The notes beneath the pieces were generated by a model. It saw nothing but the letters and a program-made list of their open reading frames with translations. It was not told the DNA's origin and ran no database searches. The translations under genes and the position numbers were made by a program. Shown here one piece after another: positions 40,324 to 48,102 of a DNA stretch of 64,000 nucleotides; within the stretch, counting starts at the first letter, position 1, and each line of letters begins with the position of its first letter. The stretch comes from Nitrosopumilus sp. (GTDB lineage Archaea; Thermoproteota; Nitrososphaeria; Nitrososphaerales; Nitrosopumilaceae), in contig JAOLZN010000001.1 in assembly GCA_028343855.1 (NCBI GenBank), positions 27,559 to 91,558 of the forward strand. The letters are read 5' to 3'.

Positions 40324-40818
40324 GTGAAATTACCTGACTCTCTAAGAGAACAATTGAAAATTCCTTTAGGATTATTGTTACCCATTGGTCAAGATAATAG
40401 AGAAAATATTCAAAAATATATTGTAAATAATTCCTATATTATTACCGTTGGAGATAAAACTACAGAAAAGATGATTGAATATGAAATAATCCCTTCTTTG
40501 CAAATCATTGATGGTTTTGAAAAAAGACAAAAACGAGAATTTCCAAAACATGGAAATGAATTTGAACTAAAAATTGATAATCCTGCTGCTGAAATTACTT
40601 TGGAAAGTATTGAAATAATAAAAAAAGCCTTTGAAATGGCTTCCCCAGTACGTCTAATTGTAAATGGCGAAGAAGACTTGTTAGTATTGCCTGTTTGCAT
40701 ATATGCTCCTGAAAATTCTGTTGTTTTGTATGGTCAACCCAATCAAGGACTAGTTTTAGTACAGATTACTACAGAAATTAGAAATAAAGCACAAACATTA
40801 CTTGAATTGATGAAATAA
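40324..40818 (+). CDS. GTP-dependent dephospho-CoA kinase (DUF359)
   Basis: VGD.TT, IIDG, GEEDLL, YGQP..G; start taken at GTG 40324 to avoid overlap with mrp. Confidence 0.85.
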   Translation: MKLPDSLREQLKIPLGLLLPIGQDNRENIQKYIVNNSYIITVGDKTTEKMIEYEIIPSLQIIDGFEKRQKREFPKHGNEFELKIDNPAAEITLESIEIIKKAFEMASPVRLIVNGEEDLLVLPVCIYAPENSVVLYGQPNQGLVLVQITTEIRNKAQTLLELMK

Positions 40819-40820
40819 TT

Positions 40821-40879
40821 GGGGTGTGATGAGACGGTGGCTGTATGATTTGTGATTACCCCACATAACCTCTGACCCC
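40821..40879 (+). ncRNA. Box C/D guide sRNA candidate
   Basis: Box C GTGATGA 40826-40832, D' ATGA 40845-40848, C' TGTGATT 40851-40857, D CTGA 40872-40875, terminal GGGG/CCCC stem; GC-rich island in AT-rich DNA. Confidence 0.8.
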
Positions 40880-40970
40880 ATTTATTCACATTTTTGTAGA
40901 ATCAAAATCAACCAATTATCTTACAACAATTGACATTTTAAGATAAACATAGATTACTTTACAAATAATT

Positions 40971-41348
40971 ATGAAATTAGATCCTGATCTTAAATTACAA
41001 ATCTTAGAAAAAGTTGGCATTTATTCTCAGAGATTTTCAATTCCTGAACCTGTAATTTTGTTAAGCACAAAAGAAGTTCTTGATGCTCCTAGAGAAATGA
41101 CTGAAGGTAGACGTACATCTGCTTACAAATATTATGGTGTATCTTATCTACAACATAATTTAGTTTTCATCAATGTTAGAAAAATCCCTGATGAAAAAAC
41201 ACTTGAAAATACACTTGTTCATGAATTAATCCATATGAGATTTCCATATCTTGCACATGGAAAACGATTCAATAAATTGGTAAGACAAGGACTTCGTGGA
41301 AAAACATTCTCTGCATATAAGAGAAGAAGTAAAAATCCTTCTCTTTGA
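40971..41348 (+). CDS. Small HExxH (zincin/SprT-like) protein
   Basis: TLVHELIHMRFPYLAHGKRF. Confidence 0.7.
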   Translation: MKLDPDLKLQILEKVGIYSQRFSIPEPVILLSTKEVLDAPREMTEGRRTSAYKYYGVSYLQHNLVFINVRKIPDEKTLENTLVHELIHMRFPYLAHGKRFNKLVRQGLRGKTFSAYKRRSKNPSL

Positions 41349-41383
41349 TGTATATTTATAAGAAATGGCAAATGGGTTAAACT

Positions 41384-43423
41384 ATGGAATTTGCTGAAAT
41401 TCTTCCATTTATTGCTGGAATTGCTTCATTTTTGGTAGCTGGTGGTTTGGTTGCTTGGATAACTAAACAACCTTCAGGTACTAAAGAAATGATGGATATC
41501 TCAAATGCTGTAAAAGAAGGTGCTTCAGCATTTCTAAAACGTGAAATGAAAATTATTGTTCCAGTTGCAATTGCCCTTACGGTAATTATTGGAGCCTTTT
41601 TACAACCATCAAATGGAATTGCATTTGCTGTTGGTGCAGCACTATCTGCAGTTGCCGGAATTATCTCATTAAAAATTACAGTTAAAGCAGCAGTAAGAGC
41701 TGCAAATCTTAGTGGCGATGGTCTTGGTAAGACTTTTGCAATGGCCTTTAGGGGTGGAGCTACTGTTGGATTAGCAGTACCTGCAATGGCTCTTTTGGCA
41801 ATTACTGGTTTATACTTAATTTATCCTGATCCAATTACTATTGCAGGAGTTGGAATTGGTGCAAGTCTTATTGCATTATTCATTAGAATCGGCGGAGGTA
41901 TTTTTACTAAAGCTGCAGATATGGGTGCTGACTTAGTTGGAAAAGTTGAAGCAAATATTCCTGAAGATGATCCCCGAAATCCTGCTACAATTGCAGATAA
42001 TGTTGGTGACAATGTTGGCGATGCAGCAGGAATGGGATCTGATGTTTATGAATCTTATATTGTAACAATTCTTGCAGCATTGTTAATTGCTGCATTAATT
42101 GGTGCACCAAACTTTTTCCTATATCCAATTTTAATTGGTTCTTCTGGAATGATTGCATCTATTATTGGTGTTGTAATTGTTGGTTCGAAAGGTGTAACTG
42201 ATGTAATGAAACCTCTTAATCGTTCGTTTTATGTTTCAGCAGCTATTGCAATTGCATTAAACTATATTTTCATCACACAATTCATTGATCAATCTTCAAC
42301 TGCATTAGCTTTGTTTGGCACAACTGTAATTGGTGTCATACTAGTTCCTGTTATTCAAAAAATTACTGACAATTACACTAGTTACAAAAAAGGCCCGGTT
42401 AAAGAAATTGCAGATTCTGCAAAATGGGGATATGCTTCATTAACATTAATGGGAATTATCAAAGGAATGCAATCCACAGGACCGTTTATGATTGCATTAG
42501 TTGTTGCAATTATCCTATCTTATTCTATGGCTTCATCTGCAGCTCCTGAAGGTGCAGATCCTGTACTTTATGGTATATTTGGAACTTCTTTGACTGCAAT
42601 GGCAATGTTGAGTCTTGCAGGAATTGTTCTTAGTATTGATGCCTTTGGTCCTATTGCAGATAATGCTGGTGGAATTGTTGAAATGACTGGAATGGGTGAA
42701 GAAAATCGTAAAGTTACAGATGAAATTGATGCAGTAGGAAATACAACTAAAGCTGTAACTAAGGGATTTGCAATTGCGAGTGCCGCACTAGCTGCATTAG
42801 CTATGATTCAGGCATTTCAATTCGAGGCTGCACATGTATTTGAAGGCGTTTTAGAATTAAATTATAGTTTAACAAATCCTGCAATCATTGTTGGATTATT
42901 AGTTGGTGGTTTGATTCCATTCATAATTACTGGTCAGTTAATCAATGGTGTATCTAGAGCTGCAGGAAAAATGGTCGATGAAGTAAGAAGACAATTCAAA
43001 GCTGATTCTGGTATTCTTGAAGGAACTTCAAAACCTGATTATGCTAAATGTGTAGATATTGCAACTGTAGCTTCAATTAGAGAACTATGGAAACCAGCAA
43101 TTGTTGCAATTATTTCTCCTATTATTTTGGGAATTTTACTAGGACCTACTGCCGTAGCTGGTTTGCTGATGGGTGCAGTTGTAACTGGTATTTTATTGGC
43201 ATATCATTTAGCAAATACTGGCGGCGCATGGGACAATGCCAAGAAATTAGTTGAAATGAATGGCGAAAAGGGTTCTGAAGTTCACAAAGTTGCAGTTGTT
43301 GGTGATATTATTGGTGATCCTTACAAAGATACAGCCGGACCTGCCCTTAACACCGTAATCAAATTACTTAATACTATTGCAATTGTCTTTGTATCTGCAT
43401 TTGTCGCAATAATTTCAATTTAA
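41384..43423 (+). CDS. hppA: Membrane H+-translocating pyrophosphatase, predicted K+-independent
   Basis: DMGADLVGKVE, DNVGDNVGD, GNTTKA (Lys variant), GDPYKDTAGP. Confidence 0.96.
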   Translation: MEFAEILPFIAGIASFLVAGGLVAWITKQPSGTKEMMDISNAVKEGASAFLKREMKIIVPVAIALTVIIGAFLQPSNGIAFAVGAALSAVAGIISLKITVKAAVRAANLSGDGLGKTFAMAFRGGATVGLAVPAMALLAITGLYLIYPDPITIAGVGIGASLIALFIRIGGGIFTKAADMGADLVGKVEANIPEDDPRNPATIADNVGDNVGDAAGMGSDVYESYIVTILAALLIAALIGAPNFFLYPILIGSSGMIASIIGVVIVGSKGVTDVMKPLNRSFYVSAAIAIALNYIFITQFIDQSSTALALFGTTVIGVILVPVIQKITDNYTSYKKGPVKEIADSAKWGYASLTLMGIIKGMQSTGPFMIALVVAIILSYSMASSAAPEGADPVLYGIFGTSLTAMAMLSLAGIVLSIDAFGPIADNAGGIVEMTGMGEENRKVTDEIDAVGNTTKAVTKGFAIASAALAALAMIQAFQFEAAHVFEGVLELNYSLTNPAIIVGLLVGGLIPFIITGQLINGVSRAAGKMVDEVRRQFKADSGILEGTSKPDYAKCVDIATVASIRELWKPAIVAIISPIILGILLGPTAVAGLLMGAVVTGILLAYHLANTGGAWDNAKKLVEMNGEKGSEVHKVAVVGDIIGDPYKDTAGPALNTVIKLLNTIAIVFVSAFVAIISI

Positions 43424-43428
43424 TTTTT

Positions 43429-43605
43429 TTATTCAATTACTAAAGTCATATCTAGTTCATCAATTTGAGCTTGAATTGCTTTTTGTAAAGTTTGATTATG
43501 CATACTACAAAATTTAAAATAATTATCTGTAGTTTGAAAACACCCACAAATCCATTCTGTTTTTTTATCTCCTTCAATTGTACCTTTTGAATATTGTTCA
43601 TTCAT
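43429..43605 (-). CDS. Cys/His microprotein (58 aa; missing from ORF track)
   Basis: MNEQYSKGTIEGDKKTEWICGCFQTTDNYFKFCSMHNQTLQKAIQAQIDELDMTLVIE, ATG to TAA, open in intergenic space. Confidence 0.6.
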   Translation of the reverse strand: MNEQYSKGTIEGDKKTEWICGCFQTTDNYFKFCSMHNQTLQKAIQAQIDELDMTLVIE

Positions 43606-43776
43606 TAAGTAATGATATGCTTTCTTCTAAAAATATTTTTCCTAATTTAATGTGGTATAAATAAAATTATTAAATTTTATATTTTTTTAATAATTTAATT
43701 ACTTTCTTATCAAAATTTATTTTGTAAGATTTTATGAAATAAAAAAATAAAAGTAATTTGTTAAATGAGATTTATT

Positions 43777-44382
43777 CTATAACCCCATTTCTGATTTCAG
43801 TTGTGTACACCAATTTTTAACTCGTTCTTCTGTTTTTTCGTTTTCACTATCCTCATCAACGGGAAGTCCACAAAATTTTTCACCATCTTCTGGTTTCGTA
43901 ATTTCGTTGAGATGTGGAGTTAAACATCTTGAAGATACAAATGTGTAGTCGTCAAGTGGTACATATCCAACCATTTTGGCACCTGCTTTTTCAAAGAATC
44001 TATGTAATTCTTCCATGGCGTCCACAAAATCTTCACCATATCCTACAGAATCACCTAGACCAAATATTGCAACAGGTTTACCTTTGAGATCTAATTCACC
44101 AATTTTTTCTAAGAGTTCATCCCAAACAGTTCCAGATCTTAGTTCTTCAGCTCCAGTATTCCAAGTTGGAATGCCGCAGATTATACCATTAAGATTTGCA
44201 AAATGGGCTAAATCTCCTTCAGAAACATCTATTGCATCAGAAACTGCATCACCTAGCTCATTTTTTATTGTTACACAAACTTGTTCTGTTTTACCAGTCT
44301 GTGTTCCAAAATATAGGCCAATTGATGCTGTTGGTGCTACCTCATGTGGTGTATCGTCATCGTGTGCATGTGGTCCAGCCAT
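43777..44382 (-). CDS. Long-chain flavodoxin, cyanobacterial/algal IsiB-like, with His/Asp-rich N-terminal extension
   Basis: FMN loop GTQTGKT, GIPTWNTG..RSGT.WD, AIFGLGDS..Y, KFCGLPVDEDSE, QLKSEMGL. Confidence 0.92.
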   Translation of the reverse strand: MAGPHAHDDDTPHEVAPTASIGLYFGTQTGKTEQVCVTIKNELGDAVSDAIDVSEGDLAHFANLNGIICGIPTWNTGAEELRSGTVWDELLEKIGELDLKGKPVAIFGLGDSVGYGEDFVDAMEELHRFFEKAGAKMVGYVPLDDYTFVSSRCLTPHLNEITKPEDGEKFCGLPVDEDSENEKTEERVKNWCTQLKSEMGL

Positions 44383-44585
44383 GACCTGTATTGATAAAAA
44401 TTCAATTTAATTGGTTAGTTGATTATAAGATTAGATAACAAAGATCCATTACAACGATTAGTTTTAAAAATGGGAATTAATTTTTATTTAGTATCTTAGA
44501 ATATGATTGTAAAATTTCCTTTATCTATAATACTTTGATTATCTTAGTAAAATAGATCTTTATGCTTTGGTCTGCCATAGACGTG

Positions 44586-44720
44586 AGTATTATCTAAGAT
44601 CATAGAGTACTGGAAATATTGGAATCTAATAATAGTAATCTGATTAGCCGACCAAGGAATTATTGCTATTGGCATTTCATTCCGAAATATTTTTCAGTAC
44701 TCTTTTTAGATTTGTATACT
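44586..44720 (+). other. ~135-nt imperfect fold-back hairpin (ncRNA or MITE-like remnant)
   Basis: Six nested complementary blocks, including AGAGTACTG/CAGTACTCT, with G-U pairs on the + strand. Confidence 0.6.
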
Positions 44721-44772
44721 AAGTATGGATAATCTTCTGATATTTTTTAAAGAGATTTTTTAAATACAAATT

Positions 44773-44952
44773 ATGAAAAATCAATGTGATTTTTGTAAAG
44801 AATTAACTAAAACACAAGCAATTCATTGTAATAGTTGTATTAAGAATCATCAAATTTGTTCAATTTGTTTGGTGGAATACAAACAAGAAATGAAAATTAA
44901 ACCTGTTCGAAAACATACTCTTTATCAAAGTAATTTAAAAAAATGGGCATAA
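44773..44952 (+). CDS. Cys-rich zinc-finger microprotein (59 aa; missing from ORF track)
   Basis: MKNQCDFCKELTKTQAIHCNSCIKNHQICSICLVEYKQEMKIKPVRKHTLYQSNLKKWA: three CxxC plus His; TTTAAA about 27 bp upstream. Confidence 0.7.
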   Translation: MKNQCDFCKELTKTQAIHCNSCIKNHQICSICLVEYKQEMKIKPVRKHTLYQSNLKKWA

Positions 44953-45000
44953 TTTCAACTATAATTTAAAAATTATTTTTTAAAAAAGAAAAAAAAATGT

Positions 45001-45258
45001 TTAAGGACAGCCTTCCATTTTTTGAATGAAATAACCTTTTTCCTTAATTGCCTGTTCTACAGGCTCTGGACAAGATTGTGAGTGACAGAATGTACATTCG
45101 TTTTGTGTCATTTCTGCTTCTCCCTCTCCTATTTCTTTTAACCATTCCTTACCAAATTCAATGGCTTTAGGATGATCTTTTTCACCAGTAATTACATCAA
45201 AGTGCATTGTGTGACCATCTGCTGCTTTGACATAAGTGTCGTATACGTGAATTTCCAT
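45001..45258 (-). CDS. DUF2024 family protein (NE1680-like)
   Basis: IHVYDTYV...GHTMHFDV...C.FCHSQ...GYFIQKMEGC. Confidence 0.85.
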   Translation of the reverse strand: MEIHVYDTYVKAADGHTMHFDVITGEKDHPKAIEFGKEWLKEIGEGEAEMTQNECTFCHSQSCPEPVEQAIKEKGYFIQKMEGCP

Positions 45259-45326
45259 GTTCTTTGATAAAAAAAGGGGATATTTAATCCAAAAGATGAT
45301 TCTATATGCTTACATTCTGGGTAATT

Positions 45327-45719
45327 CTATTTTTCTGCAATTGGAATTTCTATTGTATCAGATTCAAGAATAAATGCTCTGAAATTTTTATTTATTCCTG
45401 AATAAATAATCCAAACTACTGGATTACTTTGCATAAATTTTTTATCTGTATTTGAAGGATGTGCATCTGAATTCGGATGAGAGTGGAAAATTCCTATTAC
45501 ATCCATTTTTTTATCTTCTGCAATTTTGTATGCTTCAATTAGTTGTTTATTTGAAATTGTAAAATTTACAGGTGATTCATCAATATTTTCTGTTAAAAAT
45601 ATGTCTAGAACTTCATTATTTTTACCAAATAATATTGCACATGATTCATTTGGTTTTTGATTTTCTGAATATTGTGATAGAATTTCTCTTTCTGATTGTT
45701 TTAAAATAATTTTCTGCAA
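45327..45719 (-). CDS. JAB/MPN+ (M67) metalloprotease
   Basis: E...IFHSHP...PS.TD JAMM motif. Confidence 0.9.
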   Translation of the reverse strand: MQKIILKQSEREILSQYSENQKPNESCAILFGKNNEVLDIFLTENIDESPVNFTISNKQLIEAYKIAEDKKMDVIGIFHSHPNSDAHPSNTDKKFMQSNPVVWIIYSGINKNFRAFILESDTIEIPIAEK

Positions 45720-45721
45720 AT

Positions 45722-46813
45722 CTATTCTACATTAATAGTTCCAATCATCCATGGATGTAAGATACAATAATAATCGTAATTACCTGCATCCTCAAATGTG
45801 AATTGGTACGTATCATCAATGTTCAATATTTGTGAATCAAATATTCCGTCTGCGCCGATTGTTGGACTTCCTGATGTTGCAGTGTGCATTGCAGCATCTT
45901 CATTAATCCATTCTATTGTTGTTCCCATTGAAATATTAATTATTTCTGGATCATAGTATATTTTTCCATCTTCAGGAATTGCAGCTCCATCTGGTATGAT
46001 AATTTTAGTTGCTTCTTTTGGTGCTTCTACAACTAGTGTTGCAATCATCCACGGGTGGACAATGCACAAGTATTCGTATTCTCCAATCTCTAAGTTAGTT
46101 GTATCTAAAGTAAATGTCTCTCCTTCACTAATTAAACTGGAATCAAATGTTTCTCCGTAATCTTCTGCACTAGTTACTGTATGTGGTGCAACATCTACAT
46201 TTGTCCATACAACTGTGTCTCCTTGTGTTACAATTGCTCTGTCTGGACTATAGTCTGGGTTACCCTCTTGTGCTGAATCTTTTAGAATTTCAATTGCAAT
46301 AATTGGCCCCGTTGTAACTCCTTCCATTACTTCTTCATCAATTATTTCTTCAGATAACTCTGCTTCCCCTTCACTCATTGAACCTACTGTAATCCAAATT
46401 ACCAATCCACTTGCTACTGCTAATCCTAATACTAAACCAATTGGCTTTATGCTTCCTGGTTTTTTCATTGCAATCCATCCTACTGCTAATGCAGGAAGTG
46501 CAACTGCTAGTAAAATTAGTACTATTGTAAGTGTAAAGTCTGAGGTATTCATTGTAGCTAATGCATAAATTCCAAATCCTAGTGAAATGGCTACAATTAC
46601 TAAAGTTGTAATTTTGGCTCTATTGCTCGTTGAAATTCCTCCATCTAAAATGCCTGCTGCTGTGAAAATTAGTCCTACAAACATTGTAAGGCCTGTTAAT
46701 GCGTGCATACCATCGATGAATGTATGTGCTATGCCTGCATATGATAAAATTAGACCTGCTAGTCCTACGCCTGTAAGGCCCATTCCTGGCATTAACAGAT
46801 CCCAATTACTCAT
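45722..46813 (-). CDS. Polytopic membrane protein with two C-terminal cupredoxin domains
   Basis: 4-5 TM helices; HTVTS...YLCIVHPWM and MHTATSG...YYCILHPWM. Confidence 0.88.
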   Translation of the reverse strand: MSNWDLLMPGMGLTGVGLAGLILSYAGIAHTFIDGMHALTGLTMFVGLIFTAAGILDGGISTSNRAKITTLVIVAISLGFGIYALATMNTSDFTLTIVLILLAVALPALAVGWIAMKKPGSIKPIGLVLGLAVASGLVIWITVGSMSEGEAELSEEIIDEEVMEGVTTGPIIAIEILKDSAQEGNPDYSPDRAIVTQGDTVVWTNVDVAPHTVTSAEDYGETFDSSLISEGETFTLDTTNLEIGEYEYLCIVHPWMIATLVVEAPKEATKIIIPDGAAIPEDGKIYYDPEIINISMGTTIEWINEDAAMHTATSGSPTIGADGIFDSQILNIDDTYQFTFEDAGNYDYYCILHPWMIGTINVE

Positions 46814-46907
46814 AAAATAAGCTGGTAGGGGTGAGATACTTATTCCTTTTGAAATATAATGGATCTACAACAAGGAATAAAACGGCTTTGTAAATGGGTA
46901 GAGTGAA

Positions 46908-47795
46908 TTGGGAATTAATGAAATAATTGAAATTTCGAAACCAAGAATTGTTGTACTTTTGGTTATCACTGCAGTGACCTCGATGTATGCTGCAAGTAAA
47001 TTAGTTTCTGGATCTCCTCCACTTGAATATGTTGATTATTTGCATATTATTGTCGCCGGAGCTTTGGCTTCTGCAGGTTCGAGTGCATTAAATCACTATT
47101 ATGATAAAGACATTGATCCTAAAATGAGTAGAACAAGTTCTAGACCTATTCCTTCTGGAAGAATGGCTGCATCCAATGTTTTGATATATGGATTATCTGT
47201 AAGTTGTATTTCTGTAATTTATGGATTCTTTGCACTTAATGCAATATCTGCATTTTTTATCGCAGTAGGAATATTCTCTTACGTTATAATTTATACAGTT
47301 TGGCTAAAACGTAGAAATTCTTCTAATATTGTAATTGGTGGAATTGCTGGTAGTGCTGCAGCTTGGGCAGGATGGGCCGCTGCAACTGGTAGTATGGATT
47401 TATTGGGATTCTTAGTTGGCTTTTTGGTATTTGTATGGACTCCTTCTCACTTTTGGTGTCTTGCAATGAAAATTAAAGATGAATATGCACAAGCAGAAGT
47501 TCCTATGTTACCTGTTGTAATTGGAATGCAAAAAACATCTAAATTCATTTTGGGCAATACTTTAATTTTAATTCCTTATTCTATCATACTTGTATTGATT
47601 CCAGATGGATTGGGATTAGTTTATGCAGTTATTGCATCTGTATCTGGTGGTTTAATGTTGGTGTATCATTACAAATTAACAAAAACCCCTACATCTGAAT
47701 TTGCTTGGAAAGCATACAAAGTAACTGCACCTTATTTGACAATTATTTTTGTAGCAGTTGCATTAGATGCAGCATTTCATTTTCCTTTAATCTAA
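46908..47795 (+). CDS. cyoE: Protoheme IX farnesyltransferase
   Basis: NHYYDKDIDPKMSRT..RP, YT.WLKRR, WTPSHFW. Confidence 0.93.
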   Translation: MGINEIIEISKPRIVVLLVITAVTSMYAASKLVSGSPPLEYVDYLHIIVAGALASAGSSALNHYYDKDIDPKMSRTSSRPIPSGRMAASNVLIYGLSVSCISVIYGFFALNAISAFFIAVGIFSYVIIYTVWLKRRNSSNIVIGGIAGSAAAWAGWAAATGSMDLLGFLVGFLVFVWTPSHFWCLAMKIKDEYAQAEVPMLPVVIGMQKTSKFILGNTLILIPYSIILVLIPDGLGLVYAVIASVSGGLMLVYHYKLTKTPTSEFAWKAYKVTAPYLTIIFVAVALDAAFHFPLI

Positions 47796-47803
47796 TTTTT
47801 TAA

Positions 47804-48100
47804 TTATTTATCTACGCCTGGGAAACTTGCTTCGTAGTCTTTTTCCATAACTTCTTTATTTTGTGCTTCAATTGGATCTTCTTCTTTTTCCACAACTATT
47901 ACCTCTATCCTACGTTCATTTTTTGTGAACCATGCTACTTTGATTAAACCTAAAATTTCTAGATCTAAAAGTAATTTGTTAAATTTATCTTCTGGTAAAT
48001 TCAATCCATCCTTAGTCAAACTTTTGTAAAGTTCAACATCTGTTAGTGAATTAACTTCTTTAATTTTCTCAAATATTGTATTTCTTAATGGAATTGTCAT
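47804..48100 (-). CDS. Conserved hypothetical protein, winged-helix-like
   Basis: 98-aa ORF after cdc48 (FNKLLLDLEILGLIKV). Confidence 0.65.
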   Translation of the reverse strand: MTIPLRNTIFEKIKEVNSLTDVELYKSLTKDGLNLPEDKFNKLLLDLEILGLIKVAWFTKNERRIEVIVVEKEEDPIEAQNKEVMEKDYEASFPGVDK

Positions 48101-48102
48101 GA

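Noticed and set aside
44400-44440. DtxR/Fur-like operator upstream of the flavodoxin
   Set aside because: Only short AT-rich palindromes (CAATT-T-AATTG), not distinguishable from chance.
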